39,351 bases of DNA from an uncultured Nitrospiraceae bacterium (GCA_964617655.1 CAZTXN010000004.1:1-39351); one strand, 5' to 3'. Positions 30,540-39,253 are shown, counted from the first letter of the stretch. Numbers and translations: made by a program. The notes: a model not told the origin generated them from the sequence alone.

Positions 30540-30677
30540 GCAGAGCGCCTTTCGGTCGGAAGAGGATCAGGGATACGCTGCCAGGCCATTATACCCTGCT
30601 CCTGCCGTCGTTGCAATGCAGGCCGCGGTCATGGTAGAATTTTCTCCGCCCGGATCCCGGGCGCGGAGGGGGAGAGG

Positions 30678-31328
30678 ATGCGGAGGTGCTGGAAGCTCGT
30701 TGCCCTGGGCATGCTGCTCTGGACCGCCGGGATGCGGTCCGGCGGAGCGGAGCCGACGCCCGACGCGGAACTGATCGAACAGACGGGATTCAGCAGGGAG
30801 GCGCTCCTGGTCATCCGGCAGGAGACCGGCGGCGTGCTGCGCCGTCTGAGCGGGTATGACGAGAACGGTTTCCAGGTCATGGCCGCAGGTATCGCGGTCA
30901 CGGTCCCGGAGGACCGGCTCGGGTCCGTTCTTGCGGCCCTGCGCAGGAAACTGCGGCCCCTGGACTACCAGGCCTTTCTGATCGAGGAGAACGAGCTGGT
31001 CCATACCGGCCGGATCGGCGTGCTGAAGGGGCACGACCAGTTCGATATCCTGAGGATCATGCAGACCAACGGCCGGCGGCAGGGCGTCTCCCACGAGGCG
31101 GTCCTTGAGGCCCTCACGGCCTGGCAGGGCCGGTTCCGGTTCGAGATCATCGGCGCGGAGCATGAATGGGCGGAGGTCCGGTTCCTGACCCTTCCGAAGG
31201 ACCTGGCCGTCCTGGCGGCCGAGATATTCGAGCTCTGTCCCGATGCGGCGGACGGCGGCCCGGGGGGCATCCCTGCCCTGGTGCGGGAGCTCCGGGACCG
31301 GAAGCGGCTGCTGCTCTCCTGGGAATGA
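30678..31328 (+). CDS. DUF4253-like protein with an N-terminal signal-like segment
   Basis: The C-terminal block W..RF.FEIIGAEHEWAEVRFLTLPKDLAVLAAEIFELCPD...LLLSWE resembles DUF4253. ATG 30678 follows GGAGGGGGAGAGG. The ORF-track N-terminal extension is antisense to greB and was rejected. Confidence 0.7.
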   Translation: MRRCWKLVALGMLLWTAGMRSGGAEPTPDAELIEQTGFSREALLVIRQETGGVLRRLSGYDENGFQVMAAGIAVTVPEDRLGSVLAALRRKLRPLDYQAFLIEENELVHTGRIGVLKGHDQFDILRIMQTNGRRQGVSHEAVLEALTAWQGRFRFEIIGAEHEWAEVRFLTLPKDLAVLAAEIFELCPDAADGGPGGIPALVRELRDRKRLLLSWE

Positions 31329-31352
31329 TGGCATCGGCCCGGACCGCGGAAC

Positions 31353-31378
31353 AAAAAACAGGCGCTTGAGAGCGCCTG
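31353..31378 (-). terminator. Rho-independent terminator
   Basis: Stem CAGGCGCT/AGCGCCTG (31359-31366 / 31371-31378) with loop TGAG. On the minus strand it is followed by a T6 run (A6 at 31353-31358). Confidence 0.7.
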
Positions 31379-31444
31379 CTGATCAGTACCGCTAGGATGA
31401 CTGTTCGTCCGTCTGGTGGATGGATGATATGCAGGCGGAGAGGT

Positions 31445-31675
31445 CTACTTCGTTGCCGGAGCCGCCGGATAGGCCGGAGCCGCGGGCGCTGCAGCAGCGG
31501 GTTTTTGCTCGGTCTGCTTGGCAGCTGCTTTCTTCTTTTTCTTCTTCTTGACCGGAGCCTTTTCCTCGGCCTTCTTCTCGGTTGGCGCCGGGGCTGGCGC
31601 CTTCTCCTGGGCGAACGCAATGCCGAGCGTCAGGGAGAAGACCAGTGCCGTCAAGAGCGCAACGAACTTTCTCAT
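31445..31675 (-). CDS. Small secreted Lys/Ala/Pro-rich protein
   Basis: MRKFVALLTALVFSLTLGIAFA|QEK signal peptide. The mature ~54 aa is K/A/P-rich and includes a K7 run. Strong SD AGGAGG 7 nt before ATG 31675. Confidence 0.65.
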   Translation of the reverse strand: MRKFVALLTALVFSLTLGIAFAQEKAPAPAPTEKKAEEKAPVKKKKKKKAAAKQTEQKPAAAAPAAPAYPAAPATK

Positions 31676-31703
31676 GGATATCACCTCCTTTCCAGATCAG
31701 GAT

Positions 31704-31720
31704 GGGCAATAGTAATCCCT
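31704..31720 (-). promoter_or_regulatory. Candidate sigma54 promoter for the K-rich protein gene
   Basis: Minus strand reads GGGATTACTATTGCC: GG-N10-GC spacing is correct and the -12 TTGC is intact, but the -24 is degenerate. About 30 nt upstream of ATG 31675. Divergent from a sigma54-activator operon. Confidence 0.35.
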
Positions 31721-31953
31721 GCAGACGCGGCTGTCAAGAGACTGCTTTGAACGTCTTTCCCGCAGGCTCGGCGCCATGAAACACCATGAAAATCAATACG
31801 ATGCATGGAGTGTCGACCATCGGAACGCAAGTTTGAACTTTGCATCATGACTGGCTTGTTGTACAATGGTCCCAGTGCGGCTGAACGTGGTTCCCCTCAG
31901 GGAGGGGCGGTTCCTGACCGCATGGTCACCATGAAGAAGGAAGGTCCTGACCG

Positions 31954-33045
31954 GTGAAGCTTGAAAGCCGCGCGGTACGAACTGCAGTGGTCGCGGGCGT
32001 GCTGCTCCTCATCACCATCCTCCATTCCCTGCTCGGGACAGCCGGTTCGGGCTGGCTGCACAGCCTGCTCGGCCATCTCTACATAGCGCCGATCATCATG
32101 GCCGCCTACTGGTTCGGCTTCTCCGGCGGCGTGCTCGCGTCGATCTGCTCCATGATACTGTTCCTCTGGCACTTCTTCTTCCACTGGCCGGAGCAGTTCG
32201 TGGACATCTACAACTTCGTCGAGCTCTTTCTCTTCCTGGTCATCGGCGTCACCACCGGCGTGCTGAGCCAGATGGAGCGGAACCAGCGGCTGCGGTACGA
32301 GCAGGCGCTGGTGCGGCTGGACGAATCGCACCGCAAGCTGCGGGAGCAGACCGAGGTCCTGTTCCAGACCGAGGAGCATCTCCGGCGGGCGGACCGGCTC
32401 TCGGCCCTGGGCGAGCTCTCCGCCGGCATGGCCCACGAGATCCGGAACCCCCTGGGCTCCATCCGGGGGGCGGCGGAGATCCTGAAGGACGACTACGGAC
32501 CGGGGACCCCCAAGGCGGAGTTCGTCCAGATCCTGCTGAAGGAGACGGAGCGGCTGAACACCATCGTGCAGGAGTTCCTGAACTTCGCCCGGCCCCGGCA
32601 GCCGGAGTTCCATGAAGCGGACGTGAACGAGGTGCTCGACTCGGTGCTGACCCTGACGGCGCAGCCCGCGCGCACGGCCGGGATAACCGTGGAGCGGCGG
32701 CTCGATCCGCTGCTGGGAAAACGGAACGTGGACGCCGGCCTGCTGAAGCAGGCGTTCCTGAACCTCGTCCTGAACGCCATCCAGGCAATGCCGCAGGGCG
32801 GGACGCTGGTCGTGGCGACCGCCCTGCGCGACGGCGCCCTGGAGGTCCGGGTGGCGGACAGCGGCGCCGGCATCGCGCCGGAGCACCGGCGGAAGCTCTT
32901 CAGCCCCTTCTTCACCACCAAACGGGACGGCACCGGCCTGGGGCTGGCAATCACCTACCGCATCATCGAGAACCACCGGGGGACCATCGACGTGGAGAGC
33001 GAACCGGGAAAGGGCACGACGTTCACCGTGCGGATACCCACATGA
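31954..33045 (+). CDS. Sensor histidine kinase with a membrane-embedded (DUF4118-like) sensor, no periplasmic domain
   Basis: Four short TM helices with several His/Trp (LHSLLGHLY, LFLWHFFFHWPEQF). H-box SAGMAHEIRNPL and G-box GTGLGLAI. GTG 31954 follows GAAGAAGGAAGG. Confidence 0.87.
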   Translation: MKLESRAVRTAVVAGVLLLITILHSLLGTAGSGWLHSLLGHLYIAPIIMAAYWFGFSGGVLASICSMILFLWHFFFHWPEQFVDIYNFVELFLFLVIGVTTGVLSQMERNQRLRYEQALVRLDESHRKLREQTEVLFQTEEHLRRADRLSALGELSAGMAHEIRNPLGSIRGAAEILKDDYGPGTPKAEFVQILLKETERLNTIVQEFLNFARPRQPEFHEADVNEVLDSVLTLTAQPARTAGITVERRLDPLLGKRNVDAGLLKQAFLNLVLNAIQAMPQGGTLVVATALRDGALEVRVADSGAGIAPEHRRKLFSPFFTTKRDGTGLGLAITYRIIENHRGTIDVESEPGKGTTFTVRIPT

Positions 33046-34391
33046 AGAGACCTGCCGTCCTGCTGATCGACGACGATGCGAGCCTGCGGCGCGTGATCGA
33101 GTACAGCCTGCTCGAGAGCGGCTACACGGTCCACGCCGCGGCGAGCGGCGAGGAGGGTCTGGCCCTGCTCGCCAAGGAGCGCTGCGACGCCGTGGTCACG
33201 GACATCACGATGCCCGGGATGAGCGGCATGGAGGTGCTCGCCCGCGTGCGCGCGGCCGATCCCGGCATGCCGGTGATCATCATCACGGCCTACGGGACCA
33301 TCGAGAGCGCCGTGGAGGCCATGCGGCAGGGCGCCCATGACTATATCACCAAGCCCTTCAACCGAGACGAGCTGCGCATCACGCTGGAGCGGGCACTCCG
33401 GCTCCGCCGGCTCGAGCGGGAGAACGTCGAGCTGCGCGCCGCGGTGATCGAGCGCCATCAGTTCGCCGGCATCATCGGCAACAGCGCCGCGATGCATGAG
33501 CTGCTCGACCTTGCCGGCCGCGTGGCCGCCAGCGACGCCACGGTGCTGATCACCGGCGAGAGCGGCACGGGCAAGGAGGTGCTCGCCAAGGGGATCCATT
33601 ACACCGGCGGCCGGTCCGGCGGCCCCTTCGTCGCGGTGAACTGCGCGGCGATCCCGGAGAACCTGATCGAGAGCGAGCTCTTCGGCCACGTGAAGGGCTC
33701 CTTCACCGGAGCGGTGCGGGACCGGGAGGGGAAGTTCGAGCAGGCCGACGGCGGCACGATCTTCCTCGACGAGATCGCCGAGCTCCGGACCGACCTGCAG
33801 GCCAAGATCCTCCGGGCGCTCCAGGAGCGGACCGTGGACCGCGTCGGCGGCAGGCCGGTGAGCGTCGATGTCCGGGTGATCGCGGCGACGAACCGCGATC
33901 TGGAGCGCGCGGTGAAGGAGGGATCGTTCCGCGAGGACCTCTTCTACCGTCTCAGCGTCGTGACGCTCCAGATGCCGCCGCTGCGCGAGCGGCGGGAGGA
34001 CATCCCCCTGCTGGCGGAGCATTTTCTGCGGAAGTTCGGGCGGGGCGCCGCGGCATCGATCGAACCCGATACGCTGGCCGCCCTGACCGCCTACGGGTGG
34101 CCTGGGAACGTCCGGGAGCTCGAGAACACCATGGAGCGGGCGCTGGTCCTGAAGCGGGGCGAGAGCATCACGACCACGGACCTTCCCGAGCGGATAACCC
34201 GCGGCAGGGAAGGGGCCTCGGACATCATCCTGAACCTGCCGGAGGAGGGCATCTCCCTCGAGGAGCTCGAGCGCACGCTGATCCGGATGGCGCTCGAGAA
34301 GCAGAAGGGAAACCAGACCCGCGCCGCGGAATACCTCGGCATCACCCGGCCGACGCTCATCTACCGCATGGAGAAGTACGGATTGAAGTGA
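33042..34391 (+). CDS. Sigma54-dependent response regulator (NtrC family)
   Basis: REC (VLLIDDD...VVTDITMPGMSG), [14 protein letters not shown] loop, C-terminal HTH NQTRAAEYLGITRPTLIYRMEKYGL. ATGA overlap with the kinase. Confidence 0.95.
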   Translation: MKRPAVLLIDDDASLRRVIEYSLLESGYTVHAAASGEEGLALLAKERCDAVVTDITMPGMSGMEVLARVRAADPGMPVIIITAYGTIESAVEAMRQGAHDYITKPFNRDELRITLERALRLRRLERENVELRAAVIERHQFAGIIGNSAAMHELLDLAGRVAASDATVLITGESGTGKEVLAKGIHYTGGRSGGPFVAVNCAAIPENLIESELFGHVKGSFTGAVRDREGKFEQADGGTIFLDEIAELRTDLQAKILRALQERTVDRVGGRPVSVDVRVIAATNRDLERAVKEGSFREDLFYRLSVVTLQMPPLRERREDIPLLAEHFLRKFGRGAAASIEPDTLAALTAYGWPGNVRELENTMERALVLKRGESITTTDLPERITRGREGASDIILNLPEEGISLEELERTLIRMALEKQKGNQTRAAEYLGITRPTLIYRMEKYGLK

Positions 34392-34461
34392 GCGCCGCAA
34401 CGCCGCGGCGCGCGCGCCGGCTGGAACGGCGTTCGTTTCCCGGCGAGCGATGCGTGCGCAC

Positions 34462-34490
34462 TTGCCTCGCGCCGCTCCATCCGGTAAGAT
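34462..34490 (+). promoter_or_regulatory. Candidate sigma70 promoter (TTGCCT-17-TAAGAT)
   Basis: Hexamers at 34462-34467 and 34485-34490, ~50 nt upstream of the copZ-like ATG. Confidence 0.35.
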
Positions 34491-34539
34491 GCAGGCGCCC
34501 TGCGGGGCGCGGTCCTCATCTCAGTTCAGGAGGCTCATC

Positions 34540-34749
34540 ATGACGAAGACGACGATCAAAGTGCAGGGGATGACCTGCAATCACTGCGTGATGCGGGTCC
34601 GGAAGGCGCTGAAGGCGGTCGCGGGCGTGCAGGATGCGCAGGTGGACCTGCAGAAGGCCGAGGCGGCCGTCTCCTTCGACGAGGCCAAGGTCTCCCCGGA
34701 CAAGCTCGTCGGCGCCATCGTGGAGGCCGGCTACAAGGCCGCATCGTAG
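34540..34749 (+). CDS. copZ: Heavy-metal-associated (HMA) domain metallochaperone
   Basis: MTKTTIKVQGMTCNHCVMRV... (GMTCxxC motif). 69 aa ferredoxin-like fold pattern. SD CAGGAGG. Confidence 0.85.
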   Translation: MTKTTIKVQGMTCNHCVMRVRKALKAVAGVQDAQVDLQKAEAAVSFDEAKVSPDKLVGAIVEAGYKAAS

Positions 34750-34768
34750 GGGCCGGCGCCCGCGCTGC

Positions 34769-34797
34769 TTGACATCCCCGGGCTATGTTCGTATAAT
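34769..34797 (+). promoter_or_regulatory. Consensus sigma70 promoter (TTGACA-17-TATAAT)
   Basis: Exact -35 (34769-34774) and -10 (34792-34797) hexamers with a 17 nt spacer, ~65 nt upstream of ATG 34863. Confidence 0.7.
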
Positions 34798-34808
34798 CTC
34801 GTCTGCAT

Positions 34809-34847
34809 GCGGCCTGCGGGTCGCAGGCATCGGCCCGCAGAAGCCGC
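34809..34847 (+). other. GC-rich leader with two mutually exclusive hairpins
   Basis: CCTGCG-GGT-CGCAGG (34813-34827) competes with GCGGCCTGCGGG (34809-34820) pairing to CCCGCAGAAGCCGC (34834-47). Confidence 0.45.
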
Positions 34848-34862
34848 GACAGGCCACGGACC

Positions 34863-35639
34863 ATGGACGCTTACTCACGCTGGAAATACATCATCTTCCG
34901 GAGCCATCGGCGCAGGCAGCTGCCGCTCGACCTGCAGCACTGCTCGCCGATCTCGCTCCGCAACATGATCCTCGATGTGCGAACGCCCGCAGAAGTGCTG
35001 GACCAGATCGCCCTGGCCTATGCCGACGATGAGTACGTTCTCCGGGACCTCGTCCGCTGCCCGAACCTCTCCGAAACGACCCTCGCCTTCATCTCTCTCA
35101 CCGCTTCCGACGAGATCAAGACCTTCATCACCGGGACGCGCGTCCTGGACCTCGTGGTCTACGAGGAGCCGAAGGAAGGCGCCGCGAAGGCCGCCGCGGC
35201 CGGCACGGATAAGAGCAAGCTGAACGTCACCCAGGCGGTCAACCGGATGACCACGCCGCAGAAGATCAAGCTCGCCCTCTCGGGCAGCAAGCAGGCCCGG
35301 GGGCTGCTGATCCGGGAGTCGAACAAGCAGATCTCCACGGCGGTGCTGGACAATCCGCGCATCACCGATACGGAGATCGAGTTCTTCTCCCAGTCCACGA
35401 ACCTCTCCGAGGACTGCATGCGCAAGATCGGCATGAATTCCGAATGGACCAAGAAGTACAGCATCGCCCACGCGCTGGTGAACAATCCCAAGTGCCCCCC
35501 CGGCATCGCGGTCCAGTTCGTCACCCGCATGATGGATAAGGACCTTGCCCTGCTCGAGAAGAGCAGGAACGTTTCCGAGGCCGTTCGAGCGGCGGCACGC
35601 GGCCTGATAGCCAAGAGGAAGCTGGGCAAGAAGGGCTAG
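34863..35639 (+). CDS. Helical-repeat protein of unknown function
   Basis: Good GC3 coding signal. Repeated NP(R/K)xxxxxxxxF/L helical motifs (DNPRITDTEIEFF, NNPKCPPGIAVQFV) and a basic C-terminus. Start is uncertain (34863 or 34965). Confidence 0.65.
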   Translation: MDAYSRWKYIIFRSHRRRQLPLDLQHCSPISLRNMILDVRTPAEVLDQIALAYADDEYVLRDLVRCPNLSETTLAFISLTASDEIKTFITGTRVLDLVVYEEPKEGAAKAAAAGTDKSKLNVTQAVNRMTTPQKIKLALSGSKQARGLLIRESNKQISTAVLDNPRITDTEIEFFSQSTNLSEDCMRKIGMNSEWTKKYSIAHALVNNPKCPPGIAVQFVTRMMDKDLALLEKSRNVSEAVRAAARGLIAKRKLGKKG

Positions 35640-35717
35640 GCGAGCGCTCCGTACGTCCTTCGCTCTTTTCCCGCGCCCGGACCCGCTGAACCCGCATCCC
35701 CCTGACAGGAGCCCTTC

Positions 35718-36704
35718 ATGCTTCGCAACGGTCTCCCGCTCATCGTCCTCTTCCTGCTGCTTCCGGTGATCGGCTGCACGCGCTCCCGGACGGTCCAGCG
35801 GACCGAGACCATCATGGGCACTCAGGTGACGATCACGGTGTCCGCGGCCACGGCCGGGGAGGGACGGCTGGCCCTGGACGCGGGCATGCAGGAGCTCCGC
35901 CGGCTCGATGCGCTGCTCTCCCTTTACAAGGACGACTCGGAGGTCGCCAAGGTGAACCAGGCGGCAGGGGTGTCGCCGGTGAAGGTGTCCCGGGAGATGA
36001 TCGAAGTGGTCGCGCAGGCCCTCGATACTGCAAGGCTTACGGGCGGTGCGTTCGATCCCACGATCGGTCCGCTGGTGGTCCTCTGGCAGATGCGGCTGAA
36101 GGAAGGTGCGGCGCCGTCGGACCGGGAGATCGACGGCGTTCTGCGGCTGGTGAACTACCGGAACGTCGTGGTGGACCGGAAGGCATCGACCATCTACCTC
36201 AAGAAGAAGGACATGGTGCTGGACCTGGGCGGCTGCGCCAAGGGGTATGCGGCGGACCGGGTCCGCGACCTCTTCCGGGAACGCGGCGTGCGGAACGCGG
36301 TCATCGCCGTGGCCGGGGACATCTGGGCCCTGGGCAGGCGCGAGGACGGCGGCCCCTGGCGCATCGGGGTGCAGCATCCGCGGGAGCAGGACCGGGTGCT
36401 GACCGTGCTCGAGCTGACCGACCGGTACATCTCCACGTCCGGAGACTACGAGCGGTTCGTGATCCGGGAGAAGAAGCGCTATCATCACATCCTCGACCCG
36501 CGCAGCGGCAGGCCCGCCGCGGGCATCATCTCGGCGACCCTGATCGGCGAGAACGGGTCGCTGATCGATCCCCTCACCACGGCGGTCTTCATCCTCGGCA
36601 GGGAGAAGGGCATGGCGCTGGTGCGGAAGGTAGGCGCGGAGGCCCTGCTGGTGGATGAGGCGGGCGCCGCGGTGAGCACCGGCGGGGTGGCGCTGCAGCA
36701 GTAG
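35718..36704 (+). CDS. apbE: FAD:protein FMN transferase (ApbE family) lipoprotein
   Basis: Lipobox PVIGC. MGTQVTITV, GAFDPTIGPLV, DLGGCAKGYA and STSGDYER motifs. Confidence 0.9.
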   Translation: MLRNGLPLIVLFLLLPVIGCTRSRTVQRTETIMGTQVTITVSAATAGEGRLALDAGMQELRRLDALLSLYKDDSEVAKVNQAAGVSPVKVSREMIEVVAQALDTARLTGGAFDPTIGPLVVLWQMRLKEGAAPSDREIDGVLRLVNYRNVVVDRKASTIYLKKKDMVLDLGGCAKGYAADRVRDLFRERGVRNAVIAVAGDIWALGRREDGGPWRIGVQHPREQDRVLTVLELTDRYISTSGDYERFVIREKKRYHHILDPRSGRPAAGIISATLIGENGSLIDPLTTAVFILGREKGMALVRKVGAEALLVDEAGAAVSTGGVALQQ

Positions 36705-36770
36705 CCGCGTCCGTCGTCCGGAAAGGAACGATGCCGAACCAGGTACGGTGGAGGAACAGCGGCCCTGATC

Positions 36771-37626
36771 GTGCTCCTCGCCATGCTCTTCCCTGGGGCA
36801 GGAGCTGCGGCCGACGGAGCGGGGCCGCTTGCATTCCCGGCCGACGCATCCTTTCCGCGAGAGTACGACCGGGCGGCGGAAGCCCCGTTCGAGGACGCTG
36901 CGCCGGCGTCCGACCGGTCTGCCGCCGCGGGCGGACGGGAAGGGGAACGTGCCTTCCGGTCCTGGCTCTGGGACTATCTTACGCGCGGCGCCGGCATCGG
37001 GACCCGCCAGGCCGAGCTGACCGTCACGGACAAGCGTACCCAGGCGAGCGGCACGATCATGCAGCGGGACGACGAGGCCTATTTTTTTAAGCTACAGCAC
37101 GCGTCCTTCCTTCTTCGGTTCCACGCGGTTCGGCTGCACCTTCCTGTTCAACTTCACGACCTTCCAGACGGACCGGCAGGAGGTGGCCAAGGACGTCTAT
37201 GCGGACCTCGGCACGCGCATCCGGGGCCGCCTCGCTTATTTCGCGCCCACGGCGTTCTTCCAGCTGGGCGAGCACGGCCCCCGGGGCAGGTTCATCCGGC
37301 CGGCCGCGGCCAAGTTCAAAGGGGACATCTTCCTGGACGATCCCGCCGCTCCCGGTCCGGTGCATATTGCGAACGGGGCCTATGATCTCAAGGTCGCGGC
37401 AAGCGTCTTCCTGGAGGCCCGCTACCGGCCCTGGGGTGTCAGCATCAGCGTCGCCGGCCCGCCCTGCGACGACGATGCTTACCAGTACAACCTCTCCGAT
37501 ATCGCCTATATCTCGGGTATACATATTTTTAGCAGTTCCCTGCCTTCCGAACGGCCTGGATGCAGATGCGGCGCCGTATCTTTTGACCCGCACCCGGACA
37601 GGACTTTTTTGACAAGTCGAAATTAA
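36771..37626 (+). pseudogene. Disrupted secreted/beta-rich protein gene (frame change at a T7 run)
   Basis: The GC3-rich coding signal runs in frame 0 up to TATTTTTTTAAG (T7 at 37082-37088), then continues in frame +1 (SYSTRPSFFGSTRFGCTFLFNFTTFQTD...). Removing one T fuses the two frames. The N-terminus may also be out of frame with ATG 36731. Confidence 0.45.
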
Positions 37627-37637
37627 ATGGATACAAT
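37609..37637 (+). promoter_or_regulatory. Near-consensus sigma70 promoter (TTGACA-17-TACAAT)
   Basis: Hexamers at 37609-37614 and 37632-37637, with a T-run just upstream. About 75 nt ahead of the kinase ATG 37712. Confidence 0.6.
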
Positions 37638-37711
37638 CATGCAGTAAGCATCACCAGGGACGGAGAAGAGGCGGACCGCCGCACCTCGCGTGAGCGGGCG
37701 CAGAACGAACA

Positions 37712-39253
37712 ATGAACCACGGACCGAGCATAGGGGCCGGACCGCGGAACCACGGCAAGGGCGGAGCGCAGCCACCGGCGCTCCGGCAGCAGCTCATTGT
37801 CATCATCCTGATCATCACGGCGTTCGCGCTCATCCTCACCAGCATCATCATGGTCACTGCGGCGCTCTCTTCCTTCCGGCAGGGGCTCCTGCGGGACATC
37901 GCGATCAAGGCCGAGATTCTCGGGGACCAGTGCTCCGCGGCGCTGCTCTTCAATGCGCCGCGGGAGGCGGAAGCGATCCTGGGGCTGCTGCGCGCGGACG
38001 AGCAGATCGAGGTGGCGGCTGTCTATACCAGGACGGGCGCGCTCTTTGCCGCATACCGCCGGGACGGCGCCGTGGCCCTTCCGCCGGCAGCGCCGCCGCC
38101 GGAGGGCCATGTCTTCACCGTCCACCACCTCACGCTCCTGCATCCCATCGTTCTGGACAATGAGCGCATTGGCGTCATCCTGGTGCGCTCCGATCTGGGG
38201 AACCTGCATGCGCTGCTCCGGAGGCACGGCGCCGCGGCCGTGCTCGTCCTGCCGACGGCCCTGCTGATCGCCTACATCCTGGCGTCCCGGCTCCAGCGGC
38301 GCATCACCCGTCCGGTGGCGAACCTGGTCGAAGTCATGGAGCATATCACCCGGGACAAGGACCTGGCGGTGCGCGCCGGCAAGGAAGGTCCCGAGGAGCT
38401 TCGGTCCCTGGCCGACGGCCTGAACGAGATGCTCGAGACCATCGGGGATCGGGACCAGGAGCTTGCCCGGCAGCGCGTTCATCTCGAGAGCACGGTGGAG
38501 CGCCTCGAACGGTCCACCCGGGAGCTGCAGGAGGCGAACCGGAAGCTCAAGACCCTGGACAAGCTCAAGTCCGACTTCGTCTCCACCGTCTCCCATGAGC
38601 TCCGCACGCCGCTGACGGCCATCAAGGCTTTCGTCGAGCTGGTCCTCATGAAGCCCGCCATGGAGCCGGAGCGGAAGCTCCGGCTGCTCCGGACCATCGA
38701 CGAGGAGAGCGACCGTCTGGGCAGGCTCATCAGCGACCTGCTGGACCTTTCGCGCATCGAGGCCGGGACCATGCAGTGGCGGTTCGAGGAGCTCGATCTG
38801 GGAGAGATCGTGGGGACATCTGTCGAGAAGATGCTGCCGCTCTCGCGGAACAAGAGGCAGCGGCTCTCCCTGGCGCTGCGCACGGAGCTTCCGCCGCTGC
38901 GCGGGGACCGCGACCGCCTGGTCCAGGTCGTGACCAATATCCTGTCGAACGCTGTCAAGTTCACGCCCCACGGCGGGAGCATCGATGTGTCGGTCAGGCG
39001 CGAGGGGACCCCCCGGCAGCAGATCGTCGTGGAGGTGAGGGACAGCGGCAGCGGCATCCCGTCCGAGGACCTGGAGCTGATCTTCGACAAGTTCCACCGC
39101 GCCGGGGATCCGCTCACGAGCGGCATCGAGGGGACCGGGCTCGGCCTCTCCATCTCCCGCCAGATCATCGAGCACCACGGCGGCAGGATATGGGCGGTCA
39201 ACAACAACAGCGGCGGAGGCAGCACCTTCTTCTTCACCCTGCCGCTCAGCTAA
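37712..39253 (+). CDS. Sensor histidine kinase (periplasmic sensor domain - HAMP - coiled coil - HisKA - HATPase)
   Basis: Two TM helices flank a ~150 aa loop. HAMP, H-box VSHELRTPLTAI, N/G boxes NAVKFT and [18 protein letters not shown]. Confidence 0.9.
   Translation: MNHGPSIGAGPRNHGKGGAQPPALRQQLIVIILIITAFALILTSIIMVTAALSSFRQGLLRDIAIKAEILGDQCSAALLFNAPREAEAILGLLRADEQIEVAAVYTRTGALFAAYRRDGAVALPPAAPPPEGHVFTVHHLTLLHPIVLDNERIGVILVRSDLGNLHALLRRHGAAAVLVLPTALLIAYILASRLQRRITRPVANLVEVMEHITRDKDLAVRAGKEGPEELRSLADGLNEMLETIGDRDQELARQRVHLESTVERLERSTRELQEANRKLKTLDKLKSDFVSTVSHELRTPLTAIKAFVELVLMKPAMEPERKLRLLRTIDEESDRLGRLISDLLDLSRIEAGTMQWRFEELDLGEIVGTSVEKMLPLSRNKRQRLSLALRTELPPLRGDRDRLVQVVTNILSNAVKFTPHGGSIDVSVRREGTPRQQIVVEVRDSGSGIPSEDLELIFDKFHRAGDPLTSGIEGTGLGLSISRQIIEHHGGRIWAVNNNSGGGSTFFFTLPLS

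Noticed and set aside
29949-30677. 243-codon N-terminal extension of the DUF4253-like ORF
   Set aside because: It is antisense to greB and the small membrane ORF and has shadow composition. ATG 30678 has a strong SD.
32955-34400. 481-aa ORF antisense to the second NtrC-type regulator (similarly 7259-8587 for the first)
   Set aside because: Shadow ORFs; the AAA+ and HTH motifs are on the plus strand.
34405-34470. Sigma54-like TGGAAC-N5-TCGTT upstream of copZ
   Set aside because: The -12 element lacks the GC dinucleotide at the right spacing. A sigma70-type TTGCCT-17-TAAGAT fits better.
34875-36488. 537-aa ORF antisense to the helical-repeat gene and apbE
   Set aside because: It spans two genes plus an intergenic region and has no motifs. 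ApbE motifs and a lipobox are on the plus strand.
37080-37090. Programmed -1 ribosomal frameshift on T TTT TTT A
   Set aside because: The -1 frame hits TAA immediately (37088-37090). The coding signal continues in the +1 frame, which a classical -1 slippery site would not reach.
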